A DNA stretch of 64,000 nt from a candidate division FCPU426 bacterium. GTDB lineage: Bacteria > Oederibacteriota > Muellerivitia > Muellerivitales > Muellerivitaceae. This document shows positions 1 through 9,301 of the stretch, piece by piece. Each line of letters opens with the position of its first letter. The first letter of the stretch is position 1. Location: positions 256,001-320,000 of the forward strand of contig CAWHOE010000006.1 in assembly GCA_963830915.1 (NCBI GenBank), in the 5' to 3' direction. Under the pieces are notes generated by a model, which saw only the letters and a program-made list of their open reading frames with translations, ran no database searches and was not told the origin of the DNA. Made by a program: the position numbers and the translations under genes.

Positions 1-12
1 AAAACCTATTCT

Positions 13-118
13 CACCACCAAGGCACCAAGGGCACCAAGAACGGCAAAAGATGAATATTTGAAATTCTTTGTAAAACTTGTCTCTTTCAAGCCTTTCTTG
101 TTGTCTTTGTGACTCGTG
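13..118. repeat. Triple CACCAAG repeat with a degenerate inverted arm (REP-like palindromic element)
   Basis: CACCAAG at 16-22, 24-30 and 33-39; imperfect reverse complement TTCTTGTTGTCTTTGTGACTCGTG at ~95-118. Confidence 0.4.
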
Positions 119-235
119 AACTTTACTGTCTTGGCCGAAGGACAATGGATGGTGGTTCAAATTGCCTTGGTTTTGTTAAACTGAGGTCATGTTCGCCCTA
201 TCCCTTCCTTTTCCTTACGAATTCCCAGTTTTCGG

Positions 236-262
236 GAACCTTTGGCCGCGGTCCGTGTCCAA
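236..262 (+). promoter_or_regulatory. Putative ECF (RpoE/AlgU-type) promoter, probably autoregulatory
   Basis: GAACCT-N16-TCCAA, ~10 nt upstream of ATG 273 of the ECF sigma gene; resembles GAACTT-N16/17-TCNAA. Confidence 0.55.
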
Positions 263-272
263 TGTGATAGGG

Positions 273-890
273 ATGGTTCGCGACTTTATTTCTATCCCGC
301 TCCCCGACGATACCAACCGGGACGAAGACCGTCTTTTGATCAAGGCGGCCCTTTCCGGGGATGATGGTTTCGAGAAACTGGTGCGGACCTATGAACGAAT
401 GGTCTTTCGGGTGGCCTTCCGATTCTTGAACAATGAGACGGACGCCTTGGATATTTCCCAGGAGGTATTCATCAGGGTTCACAACTCCCTTTCCCAATTT
501 CGGGGAGACAGCGCCTTATCCACCTGGATCCACGCCATTACCGCCAACCTTTCCCGCAACGCGATCCGTTCCAGGAAAAACCGGGAGAAAGTCCAGGTAT
601 TGGCTCCCAAAGAAAAGGATGAGAACGACCGCACTTTCTGGGAAAGGATGTCGGATAAAAAGGACGCCGGGGCGACACGTAAGACCGAGGGCAAGGATTT
701 GAATGAGGCCATCCAACGGGCTTTGGAAGAACTCCCCATTGACTTCCGGGAAGCGGTCATCCTGAGGGACTTGGAAGCTTTGGACTACGAGGCGATCGCG
801 AAATCGTTGAAGCTGGGTTTGGGAACGGTGAAATCCCGCATCGCTCGGGGCCGGGCCCTTTTAAGGGAAAAACTAAAGGATTGGTTATGA
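273..890 (+). CDS. rpoE: ECF RNA polymerase sigma-70 factor (RpoE/SigW-like)
   Basis: Region 2 (DALDISQEVFIRV..FRGDSALSTWIHAI), region 4 (REAVILRDLEALDYEAIA..GTVKSRIARGR); ORF open from 189, ATG 273 preferred given the promoter position. Confidence 0.9.
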   Translation: MVRDFISIPLPDDTNRDEDRLLIKAALSGDDGFEKLVRTYERMVFRVAFRFLNNETDALDISQEVFIRVHNSLSQFRGDSALSTWIHAITANLSRNAIRSRKNREKVQVLAPKEKDENDRTFWERMSDKKDAGATRKTEGKDLNEAIQRALEELPIDFREAVILRDLEALDYEAIAKSLKLGLGTVKSRIARGRALLREKLKDWL

Positions 891-2014
891 TGGACTGTAA
901 AAAAATCCATCCGCTTCTTTCCCTTTATAGGGAAGACCGATTGCCTGTCCGGTCCAAGACCCAGGTCGAGGCGCACCTGAAACTGTGCGCCGAGGCGCGG
1001 AAAACATTGGAACAATTCGGCAAATTGGATAAGGCATTGAAAGACCTGCCCGATCCTAAAATTCCGAACGACTTGCACGAGAGGATCATGGGCCGGTTAA
1101 GGGAAGAAAAAACAGTCCTTCGGCCGAAAGTCTCTTGGTTGAAACCTGCCTGGAGTTTGGCGGTCGCCGCGGCCCTCACCTTCTTTTTCATCTTCCAATG
1201 GGTCGACCGGGAAAATCCCTGGAAAGGGCCTACTCTTAATAACACTCAAGATAAAGTCTCGGCTTTGAAACAAGCCGCTTCGCTTAAGCCCATGAATAAA
1301 CCCGTCCCAGCTCCGGCCAGGGTATCTGGTGGTGTCGCTTACAAAGCAAAAGAAGAAGAAAAAGACACTGCTCATTACACTCAATCTTTAGCCAACGAGA
1401 GTTCTAACGGCTCGGATTTGAAAACCGCATTAGGCCCCAGTACAAACGCCGAAACATCCGTTCAGGAAAACGCCAAAAATTTTGCGGTTAGCGATTTACA
1501 AGTAAAACGTAAAAAAATGGCCTCCACACGGTCCGTGGAGTCGGAAAAGGCCCCGAGTTCCAATTTGTCATTTCAGGATGGCTCGACGGAAAAACCAATG
1601 GCGTTCGGCGCCGCCGCTCCCGCCATGCCGATGGCCGAGATGCAGCCAGCCGCAACGCTCCCCCCCAGGATCTATCAGGGAGACAACGCCCCCGCCACCG
1701 TTGAAAGCGCTCAATTGATCACTGACCTGGGTTCATTCACGAAGATCTGGCAGTTCCTTAAGCCTTCCCAAGCATTACCGATAGTTGATTTCGCCAATGA
1801 ATCGGTGGTTTTCTTGGAAGCTGGGGAGAAACCGACGGGCGGATATTCGATAAACATCTCGGGGTTGGTAGATCAAACGGACCTGCTGGTCATTCATTAC
1901 CTGGTAAGTGTTCCGCCGACAGGCGCCGTTGTAACCCAGACCCTTACCCATCCTTGGTCCTTACAGATCATTTCCACGCCGAATAAACCGGTGACTTTCC
2001 TGAAAGATCCGTGA
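887..2014 (+). CDS. Membrane anti-sigma factor: zf-HC2-like N-terminus, one TM helix, C-terminal PrcB-like domain
   Basis: ATGA overlap with sigma stop; MDCKKI..HLKLCAEAR; TM WSLAVAAALTFFFIFQW; C-terminal VDFANESVVFLEAGEKPTGGYSINI..VTQTLTHPW. Confidence 0.8.
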   Translation: MMDCKKIHPLLSLYREDRLPVRSKTQVEAHLKLCAEARKTLEQFGKLDKALKDLPDPKIPNDLHERIMGRLREEKTVLRPKVSWLKPAWSLAVAAALTFFFIFQWVDRENPWKGPTLNNTQDKVSALKQAASLKPMNKPVPAPARVSGGVAYKAKEEEKDTAHYTQSLANESSNGSDLKTALGPSTNAETSVQENAKNFAVSDLQVKRKKMASTRSVESEKAPSSNLSFQDGSTEKPMAFGAAAPAMPMAEMQPAATLPPRIYQGDNAPATVESAQLITDLGSFTKIWQFLKPSQALPIVDFANESVVFLEAGEKPTGGYSINISGLVDQTDLLVIHYLVSVPPTGAVVTQTLTHPWSLQIISTPNKPVTFLKDP

Positions 2015-2022
2015 GATGTGGT

Positions 2023-2451
2023 TTATTGCTTTTCGGCTAGTTGTTGGGTTTGTTTGACTTTGTGGGTCTTGGTATCGATCGTGAAGTTGAAATCCCCGGC
2101 GGTGAGGAACAAAATTCCCTTTTTCAGTTTGAGGGACGTGATGAATAGGTCCGGAGGGTCCTTCTTGGCGTCTGGGTCTTTTGGTTTGAGTTTGTAAACC
2201 CGAACCTTCCAAAGCATCAGGTTCTTCTTGGTATCCCAAGCCTGGACATATCCCCCGCTCAGGTCCTTGCCCGTATCGACCGGGACATAATCCGGCACAT
2301 AACAAATTCCATGGTCGACGATGGATTCGACTTTAGGGCGGTGCGGACTTTTCGCGAGAACTGTCTGGGACACTAGAAAAATAGATACCGCTAAAAATAA
2401 AGTGCCTGGAAAAAATACCCCTTTGATAAGACCCTCCCTCATTGGGTTCAC
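2023..2451 (-). CDS. Hypothetical secreted protein
   Basis: 142 aa ORF with signal-peptide-like N-terminus (..SQTVLA/KS); fills the gap between neighbours. Confidence 0.6.
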   Translation of the reverse strand: MNPMREGLIKGVFFPGTLFLAVSIFLVSQTVLAKSPHRPKVESIVDHGICYVPDYVPVDTGKDLSGGYVQAWDTKKNLMLWKVRVYKLKPKDPDAKKDPPDLFITSLKLKKGILFLTAGDFNFTIDTKTHKVKQTQQLAEKQ

Positions 2452-2573
2452 CCAAATTCGGTTCGTTTAGATTTTAACCTTTAGGGACTTTTATCGCATT
2501 TCATTTCGACATGTTCACCGGCTTCTTGGGGAAAAGGCTTTCCTTCCCGATTACAACCAGGCAAAGCCAAGCT

Positions 2574-3188
2574 TTAAGAGCATATCTTGGAAAGGCTGGG
2601 CAAAATATTGTGGGCGTTCAACTCCCGGACCTTCGCGCCCTTGGCCTCCCACTGAGCCAATCGTTTCTGGTGCTCCTGGATGATGGGGCGGACCGAACTT
2701 TCGGCGAAAACCGCGTTCAGATGCAACGACATCTGCCCCTCGGTAGGCCGATTGGCGCCCGTCAAGAGCCTGGCCGCCCCGTCCTGGGCGCAGGCGGTCA
2801 CGATGAAAGAATCCCCGCTGAAGGAATAGATCTCCAGATTGCTGATGACGACCTTTCCCCCTTCCTTGCCTTCCACCCAATTAACCCATAAGAGGGCTGT
2901 CCTCATGTCGGGAGAAAGGAAAACACGGGCCCAGAAAAAATTCAACGCGGCGTAGGAGTAGTCTCCTATCAGCCTATAGCCTTCCACCTTCAGCTTTTCG
3001 GTGAGTTCCGCCTGCCACTTGGGGGTCAAGGCCTCCACCATCCCAGCCGGGGAGGGGGCCAGGACCACAGAGTATTGGGGAAGATTTTCCGCAGGCTCCG
3101 ACCGAGCCCGGAACTTGCGCCCGGATAAAAAAAGAAAGGCCCCGATGGCGGTCATCAGGGCCAGAATAACGGATCCACCGATCCCCAT
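2574..3188 (-). CDS. Hypothetical membrane-anchored protein
   Basis: N-terminal TM helix, RBS AAGGGAA upstream, co-directional with lemA. Confidence 0.65.
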   Translation of the reverse strand: MGIGGSVILALMTAIGAFLFLSGRKFRARSEPAENLPQYSVVLAPSPAGMVEALTPKWQAELTEKLKVEGYRLIGDYSYAALNFFWARVFLSPDMRTALLWVNWVEGKEGGKVVISNLEIYSFSGDSFIVTACAQDGAARLLTGANRPTEGQMSLHLNAVFAESSVRPIIQEHQKRLAQWEAKGAKVRELNAHNILPSLSKICS

Positions 3189-3214
3189 TTAATTCCCTTT
3201 AAAAAACCGGAAGA

Positions 3215-3778
3215 TCAAAACTCGACTTTGGGCGGCTCTTGAGCGGCTTCCTTGGCCTTGAAGTAGGCGTCCTTCACCTTGAAATTGAAGATGGACGCCA
3301 TCAAGTTGGAGGGGAAGCTCTGCACTTTCAGATTATAGTTCTGGACCGCCTCGTTATAGCGCATCCGTTCCACGGCGATGCGGTTCTCGGTCCCGGCCAA
3401 CTCATCCTGCAGTTTCAGGAATCCCTCATTGGCTTTCAGGTCCGGATACTTCTCCACCACGACCATCAGTCGGCCCAAGGCGCCTTCCAGGTCATTGGAG
3501 ACTTTCACCTTGTCCGGGGTGCTCTTCGCCTCGCCCCACTGGCTCCTGAGCCGGGTGACTTCTTCAAGAACTCCCGCCTCATGCTTGGCGTAACCCTTGA
3601 CCGTGGCGACCAGATTGGGGATGAGGTCATACCGTCTTTGAAGGACGTTCTCCACCTGGGCCCATTGGGCGTCCACGCCCACGTTGGCCGAGACTAGACC
3701 ATTGTAAGAACCGACGAGCATCAAGAAAAAGATAACGACGAATCCCAGCAAACCCCACAGCCAGACTTTGGACGACAT
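3215..3778 (-). CDS. lemA: LemA family protein
   Basis: YNGLV..W.QVEN.LQRRYDLIPNLVATVKGYA.HE..YPDLKAN..LQDELAGTENRIAVER.RYN. Confidence 0.95.
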   Translation of the reverse strand: MSSKVWLWGLLGFVVIFFLMLVGSYNGLVSANVGVDAQWAQVENVLQRRYDLIPNLVATVKGYAKHEAGVLEEVTRLRSQWGEAKSTPDKVKVSNDLEGALGRLMVVVEKYPDLKANEGFLKLQDELAGTENRIAVERMRYNEAVQNYNLKVQSFPSNLMASIFNFKVKDAYFKAKEAAQEPPKVEF

Positions 3779-3802
3779 GAAGTTCTCCTTTCGATCCTTT
3801 AT

Positions 3803-4390
3803 TTATTGGTTCCCGAACAGACCCATGATCTGCGTTTGGGCCAGGATATGGCCCTTCATGGCCTTCATCAGCTCCGACTTGGTGAAACCCGCGCTGACCG
3901 GCAAAACTGAATCCACGGCGTATAGCTCGAAATAGTATCGATGGGGTAATCCCTTCGGGGGACAAGGCCCATCGTAGCCGATCTTTTTGAAATCATTGGA
4001 CCCTTGCATGATCCCATTGCTTTGCACATCATCCTTGGGCATCCCTTCGGTCAATTCGTAGGTCGGCTTAGTGATGTCCTTGGTGATGGGGATGTTATAG
4101 ATGACCCAATGCACCCAGGTTTGGGTCGGCGCGTCCGGGTCCTCGCAGATCAGGGCGAAGGTCTTGGTCTTCAAGGGGGCGCCTTTCCAATGGATCTCCG
4201 GGGAGATATTGGCCCCTTGGCAGGTGTATTTATCCGACATCATATGGCCGTCGGCGAAAGAAGTTGTGCCCATTTGAAAGGCCGGTTTTTTCTTTTCCGA
4301 TTTCGTCGCCTTCGCCGGTTGGGCCTGCCCTCCCGCAGCCAGAAGCGTGACCGCCAAGAATATCGCCCAGCCGAAAGATACCTTGCGCAT
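3803..4390 (-). CDS. YbhB/YbcL (PEBP/RKIP-like) protein with signal peptide
   Basis: YTCQGANISP..EDPDAP..WVHWV.YNIP..GYDGPCPP..HRYYF; GGAGG RBS before ATG 4390. Confidence 0.9.
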   Translation of the reverse strand: MRKVSFGWAIFLAVTLLAAGGQAQPAKATKSEKKKPAFQMGTTSFADGHMMSDKYTCQGANISPEIHWKGAPLKTKTFALICEDPDAPTQTWVHWVIYNIPITKDITKPTYELTEGMPKDDVQSNGIMQGSNDFKKIGYDGPCPPKGLPHRYYFELYAVDSVLPVSAGFTKSELMKAMKGHILAQTQIMGLFGNQ

Positions 4391-4413
4391 GATAAAACCT
4401 CCCTGGATATGGT

Positions 4414-5115
4414 TCACTGATTGATCCTCTCGATGAGCGCCTCGATCGCGTCCAGGTACTCCTCAAAAACCTGGATGGCGTCCATCCCCTTGGTCTTGCC
4501 TCCCCTTTTGACTCGGTCGACCTTCTCGAAAGCTTCCGTCTCAAAGTCGAACCGCTCCCTTAATTTCATAAGGGCTTCCATCTTTTTCAAGGGCGGTTTT
4601 TCATTGAAAATCCAAAGGGAATTCTTGAATAGCACCAGGAAAGTGGAAAGGGACTCCACCATCAATTTCCAAAGCTTGTCCGATTTACCCTCGGTCAGGA
4701 TATAACGGGTCTTCAACTGAAGGAGTTTGCCTTGGAGTTCGTGTTCCAGTTCCACCCGAAGATGGTCAGTGGAAACCGTCAAAGCTTGGAGAGGATCCTC
4801 CCCCAATAGCACCTGATGGTTGCTTTGCATATCCAGGATCTCGATCGGGAACACATCCACGAATTCCGATAAATGCTCCTTCGTGAGGAGCAGGGGCGGT
4901 GGATTCCCTTGTCTCGCCCATGGCACCACCGCCTTGGACAGAAGATGCAGGTCCTCCCTTTTCAGTGGATGGGTCACTACCAGTAAGTTCACATCCGACC
5001 GCTCCCCCGTGTGATCGCCCGCCGCTGAAGAACCATAAAGGACCACCGAAACCAGTTTGGACCCCAAAAGGGTCTTGAGTTCATCCGTCATTTTGTCATT
5101 CGTCCAACGAGCCAT
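4414..5115 (-). CDS. Nucleotidyltransferase-domain protein (Pol-beta superfamily)
   Basis: LVSVVLYGSSAAGD...SDVNLLVV; DVFPIEILDM. Confidence 0.8.
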   Translation of the reverse strand: MARWTNDKMTDELKTLLGSKLVSVVLYGSSAAGDHTGERSDVNLLVVTHPLKREDLHLLSKAVVPWARQGNPPPLLLTKEHLSEFVDVFPIEILDMQSNHQVLLGEDPLQALTVSTDHLRVELEHELQGKLLQLKTRYILTEGKSDKLWKLMVESLSTFLVLFKNSLWIFNEKPPLKKMEALMKLRERFDFETEAFEKVDRVKRGGKTKGMDAIQVFEEYLDAIEALIERINQ

Positions 5116-5146
5116 AACCACTCCTCAGAACCGGATATTTCACCGA

Positions 5147-5836
5147 CTACCAGCTTCCGCTGGCCCCGCCGCCGCCCGACATCCCGCCGCCAAAACCGCC
5201 GAAACCCCCTCCGCCGCCGCTGAAACCGCCGCCTCCCCAGCCACCCCCATAAAAACCACCCCAATATCCCCCTCGTCCCCTGCGGGACATCATTGAGAGA
5301 ATGGAGAAGATAACGACAAAAAGGAATAGGGTTGTCCAGAAACCCAGGGGTCTGCCTTCAGAGGCTTGGGCGTAACCGGCCTGGCCCGTCAAAGTGACCC
5401 CGACGCTTTGGGCGATCAACCGGGCAACATCGTAAGCTCCGTTCACGAACCCCTGCCCATAATCACCCTGTTTGAAAAAGGGCGTCATGTCATCTCGGAT
5501 GATCTCCCCCGCCAGGCCATCGGTGATCACCGACTCCATTCCGTACCCTACCTCGATCCGGACCCCATGATGTCCCTGCCCTACCGCGGCCAGGATCAAG
5601 ACCCCGTCGTTCTTATCCTTATGTCCGATGCCCCATTGTTTGAAAAGATCGACCGCCGCGGCGTCGATGTCGTCCCCCTCGACCGAGTCCACTGTGACAA
5701 CCGATACCTGGGAACCGGTCTTTTGTTCCAATTCGGTCAATAGGGATACGATGGCTTGGGATTTATCGGAAGCGATGACCTGTGCGAAATCATTCACGTA
5801 ACCCGTGGGGGAGGGCCATTTCTGAGCGGCCGCCAA
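5147..5836 (-). CDS. TPM-domain (YgcG-like) membrane protein with Gly-rich tail
   Basis: VNDFAQVI..WGIGHKDKNDGVLIL..RIEVGYGME; TM helix; GGFGGFGGGMSGGGGASGSW; true start may lie upstream. Confidence 0.9.
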   Translation of the reverse strand: MAAAQKWPSPTGYVNDFAQVIASDKSQAIVSLLTELEQKTGSQVSVVTVDSVEGDDIDAAAVDLFKQWGIGHKDKNDGVLILAAVGQGHHGVRIEVGYGMESVITDGLAGEIIRDDMTPFFKQGDYGQGFVNGAYDVARLIAQSVGVTLTGQAGYAQASEGRPLGFWTTLFLFVVIFSILSMMSRRGRGGYWGGFYGGGWGGGGFSGGGGGFGGFGGGMSGGGGASGSW

Positions 5837-5951
5837 AGGGGAAACGGCGCACAGGACTAGAACGAGGGCCGGGTAATATTTTTTAACGAAGGAAAGTGGG
5901 GATAGGATGATGACGCTCTCTTTCGACTGTTCTGACCGGACGGATGTCGAT

Positions 5952-6416
5952 TTATTTTTTCCGGGTGTAGGTCCCTATTAATTCGGCCTTTCCAACTATG
6001 CGATTTTGGATGGCCCGTTCCACCTGGCTCTTCTTGGCTCCCGGCTCCAGGTCCAGCGTCTTTCCCACGGCGTACAGAGTGAAAATATATCGGTGCACGC
6101 CGCTCGGAGGACAAGGACCGCCGTAACCGATGGAATTGAAACTATTGAGTCCCTGGCAGGTTCCGTTGGAAAGATTCTTCAGGGTCGGAAGTCCTTCCCT
6201 GAGTTCGATAGGGCTGGGCGGCAGGTTATAGACCACCCAGTGGGTAAAGGTTCCGCCGGGGGCGTCCGGATCGTCGCAGATTAGGACCAGGGTTTTGGTC
6301 CCTTCCGGAAGGTCGGACCAGCGCAAGGTGGGTGACAGGTTTTCCCCGTCGCAGGTGAACCTGGGGTCCATCGGTTCGCCATTCTTGAAAGAAGGACTCT
6401 CTAATTGGAACGCCAA
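5952..6416 (-). CDS. YbhB/YbcL (PEBP) protein, cytoplasmic
   Basis: FTCDGENLSP.L.W..DDPDAPGGTFTHWV..YGGPCPPSGVHRY. Confidence 0.92.
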   Translation of the reverse strand: MAFQLESPSFKNGEPMDPRFTCDGENLSPTLRWSDLPEGTKTLVLICDDPDAPGGTFTHWVVYNLPPSPIELREGLPTLKNLSNGTCQGLNSFNSIGYGGPCPPSGVHRYIFTLYAVGKTLDLEPGAKKSQVERAIQNRIVGKAELIGTYTRKK

Positions 6417-6471
6417 TTCCGCCTCCCTAACCTGTTTGTGCGTGGATCGTCAAATCCCGCGTCCAACTTTT

Positions 6472-6981
6472 TCATTCTATTCCAAACGCCGTCCGGTAGG
6501 TTTTAAATGTTTCGCCGTCCAGACAGGCCATGATGACCTTGGAGATAACGTCGTTCTTTTTTAAGAAGTACTGGATCTCATAACGGGCTATCTCCGAGGC
6601 TCTTTTAAGGGGAAACCGGAAAGCACCCGTACTGATGGAAGGAAAAGCCACCGTTTTGAAACCCCGATGGGACGCGGTTTGAAGGCAAATCCGGTAACAA
6701 TGAGCCAATAAAGATTCTTCCTGTTGGCCACCCCCCCGCCAGACCGGGCCCACCGTATGGATGACCCACTTCGCCGGAAGTTTGTAACCGCCAGTGACCT
6801 TGCACTGTCCAGTTTTACAGCCGCCCAAAGTCCGGCATTCGGCCAAAAGGGCCGGTCCGGCCGCCTTATGGATCGCCCCGTCCACCCCGCCCCCGCCCAA
6901 TAAAGTCTCATTGGCCGCGTTAACAATGGCGTCCACGACCAATTGGGTAATGTCAGCTTGAATGACCTCGACCCGTTCCAT
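6472..6981 (-). CDS. ymdB: Macrodomain O-acetyl-ADP-ribose deacetylase (YmdB-like)
   Basis: DITQL.VDAIVNAANETLLGGGGVDGAIH..VIHTVGPVW..AFPSISTG; start trimmed to MERVEV. Confidence 0.9.
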   Translation of the reverse strand: MERVEVIQADITQLVVDAIVNAANETLLGGGGVDGAIHKAAGPALLAECRTLGGCKTGQCKVTGGYKLPAKWVIHTVGPVWRGGGQQEESLLAHCYRICLQTASHRGFKTVAFPSISTGAFRFPLKRASEIARYEIQYFLKKNDVISKVIMACLDGETFKTYRTAFGIE

Positions 6982-6988
6982 CAAGACC

Positions 6989-7408
6989 TCATCGAACCCT
7001 GGCCGCGTAGACTCCCAAGCAGGCGTCGGAAACGACCTTGAACCCCGCCCTCTCCAACTTGGCCTCCGCCTCGGGATGGGAGATGCCGGTCTGGAGCCAG
7101 ACGACCTTGGGTCGGATAGCCTCGGGGAGGGCAATGATCTCGTCGGCGAGTTCAGGGATGGCTTCGCTTCGCCGGAACACGTCCAGGATATCGGCCTTGA
7201 CCGGCAGATCCTTGAGGGCCGGGTAGGCTTTTTCCCCCAGGGAGGACTGGATGGCCGGATTCACTGGAAAGATCCTCATCCCCAACTGTTTCAATCGAAA
7301 AGGAATCTGATAAGCGGGGCGGTCCATTTTCTTTTCATCTTGCATCCCATAAACCGCGACGGTCTTGGCTTCCTTGACGATGGTTTGGATGTCACTTTCA
7401 CTCAGCAC
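6989..7408 (-). CDS. CoA-binding protein (YccU-like)
   Basis: KTVAVYG..RPAY..PVNP..DILDVFRRSE..VWLQTGI..AC; GTG 7408 with GGAGA RBS. Confidence 0.88.
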   Translation of the reverse strand: MLSESDIQTIVKEAKTVAVYGMQDEKKMDRPAYQIPFRLKQLGMRIFPVNPAIQSSLGEKAYPALKDLPVKADILDVFRRSEAIPELADEIIALPEAIRPKVVWLQTGISHPEAEAKLERAGFKVVSDACLGVYAARVR

Positions 7409-7419
7409 GGGGTCTTCTC

Positions 7420-7845
7420 CTAGAGAGGGGTATAGAGGACATAAAGCATCACATAGACCACCACCCCTGTGACGGACACATAAAGCCAAATGGGAAAAGT
7501 GATCCTGGCTATTTTTTTGTGTCTTTCAAACTCACCCCGGAGGGCGCGAACGATCGTGGCGATGGCCAGGAACGGTACCGCCGCGGCCAGGATGGTATGG
7601 GTGACCAGGATGAAAAAATAGACCGGCCTGATCCAACCTTGACCGGAGAAATGGACCACTCCATTGTGCGCGTGATAGGTCAGGTAACAGACTAGGAAGA
7701 GGACCGAGATCAAGAAAGCTGTTCCCATGCAGGCTTTGTGGGCTTTCAATCGCTTATGGCGGATGAACCAGAAACCGATGAGTAGAAAAACACCGCTTAA
7801 ACCGTTCAGGGCGGCGTTCAGGGCGGGAAACATCGAATAATTCAT
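7420..7845 (-). CDS. DUF420 (YozB-like) membrane protein associated with oxidase assembly clusters
   Basis: PALNAALN..H.ACM..FL.CYL.YH..HTILA..HKKIAR.TFPIWLYVSVTGV. Confidence 0.9.
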   Translation of the reverse strand: MNYSMFPALNAALNGLSGVFLLIGFWFIRHKRLKAHKACMGTAFLISVLFLVCYLTYHAHNGVVHFSGQGWIRPVYFFILVTHTILAAAVPFLAIATIVRALRGEFERHKKIARITFPIWLYVSVTGVVVYVMLYVLYTPL

Positions 7846-7870
7846 GTCGGTTCCCTGTCCTCTCCGGCGT

Positions 7871-8503
7871 TCAAGATTTATCCTTGGAACTCATGAGAAA
7901 ATGGATGTCCCTCTGGAGTTTATGGACATCCCCTTCTTCGTCCCCATTATACAAACCCCGGATCATGCCATTGGCGTCCACCAGGATCATTCGGGTGGAA
8001 TGGACGAACTCGAACCCCTTGGGTTCATCCGGATCCTTCTCCGCCGTGACCTGAAAACCTTTCTGGATCACGTCATAGACATCCGCTTTTTCCCCGGTCA
8101 AAAAGGTCCATTGGTCCGGATCGGCTTGCAATCCCTCCGCGTATTTTTTCAACACCGAAGGCTTGTCATATTCCGGATCCACCGAGATGGAAACCAACTT
8201 GAGATCGTCATTACCTTTCCATTGAACCTGGAGTTGTCTCATCTTGCCGCTCAAGAGAGGACAGGACCCGGCGCACCGGGTGAAAATGAAATCCACCACC
8301 CAGACCTTCCCTTTCAAGGTATCGCTCGAGAACTTTTTTCCTTCCTGGTCAAGAAGGGAAAACGCGGGAGCTGACCGCTGGGCCTTTAGGAATCGATCGG
8401 ATGGCCCGTTCTTCGAGACGCGCAGGCCCCATAAGGCCAAAAGGGCAAAAGCCAAGGCCATGACCAACCATAATTCCCAACGGTTCTTGCGTTCCATGCT
8501 CAT
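7871..8503 (-). CDS. SCO/SenC copper chaperone
   Basis: FIFTRCAGSCP (CxxxC), ISVDPEYD, HS...LVD..G.IRG.Y. Confidence 0.93.
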   Translation of the reverse strand: MSMERKNRWELWLVMALAFALLALWGLRVSKNGPSDRFLKAQRSAPAFSLLDQEGKKFSSDTLKGKVWVVDFIFTRCAGSCPLLSGKMRQLQVQWKGNDDLKLVSISVDPEYDKPSVLKKYAEGLQADPDQWTFLTGEKADVYDVIQKGFQVTAEKDPDEPKGFEFVHSTRMILVDANGMIRGLYNGDEEGDVHKLQRDIHFLMSSKDKS

Positions 8504-9255
8504 TTCTTCACTTTGCTTTTTTCAACGACCAGGGAAGAAAGGAAATAAAGCAAAAAACCCGTTCCCAAAAGAACGGTAATACAAAGGGACATGGAGGGAA
8601 GCGGTCCAAAATCCTGGGTGGGGAACATGCCCCGTCTAACACCAGCCACCCCATAGGTGAAGGGGTTGATTATCATCAGGGTCCTCATCCAGGACGAGGG
8701 GCTGGCGGCGAAAACCGCTCCCGAAGCCATCCATAACGGTAAAAGGACCAAATTCATGATGGTATGGAACCCCGGGATGGAGTCGATCTTCCAGGCCAGC
8801 CAGAAACCCGCGGCGTTCAGGACGAAGGAAAGGAGGAAAAGGCAAAGGACCAGCCCCAGGAAAGGGAGCGCTTGGAAAGTGGCCCCGACCGTGAGGGCGA
8901 AAGGAAGAACGATCAGCCCCTGAAGAGTGGAAAGAATGGCCCCGCCCATGATCTTACCCATCACGATGGCTCCCCGGGATACGGGCGCCACCATCACCGA
9001 TTGAAGAAAACCCGCCTGGCGATCCTCGATGACTGAGGCGTTGGAGAAAATGCAAGTGAACATGACGCTCATGATGATGGTGCCCGGAAGGAAATAAGCG
9101 CTGTAATTGTTGCCCGCGACCCCGCTGATCCCCGTGCCCAGCACCAGCCAAAACAACACGGCGGTCCCGACCGCGCCAACCACCCGACTGGGCTGGCGGT
9201 AGAACCTCACCAACTCCCTTTGGCAAAGGGTATAAACGGTCATCCAAAAGATCAT
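8500..9255 (-). CDS. ABC-2 type transporter permease
   Basis: About 6 TM helices; IEDRQAGFLQ..VAPVSR..GK; NPFTY. Confidence 0.9.
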   Translation of the reverse strand: MIFWMTVYTLCQRELVRFYRQPSRVVGAVGTAVLFWLVLGTGISGVAGNNYSAYFLPGTIIMSVMFTCIFSNASVIEDRQAGFLQSVMVAPVSRGAIVMGKIMGGAILSTLQGLIVLPFALTVGATFQALPFLGLVLCLFLLSFVLNAAGFWLAWKIDSIPGFHTIMNLVLLPLWMASGAVFAASPSSWMRTLMIINPFTYGVAGVRRGMFPTQDFGPLPSMSLCITVLLGTGFLLYFLSSLVVEKSKVKK

Positions 9256-9301
9256 TTAGAGCTCCTTGGGCATTGGCAGGAAGGGGGTGTTTTTAAGGGA
9301 A

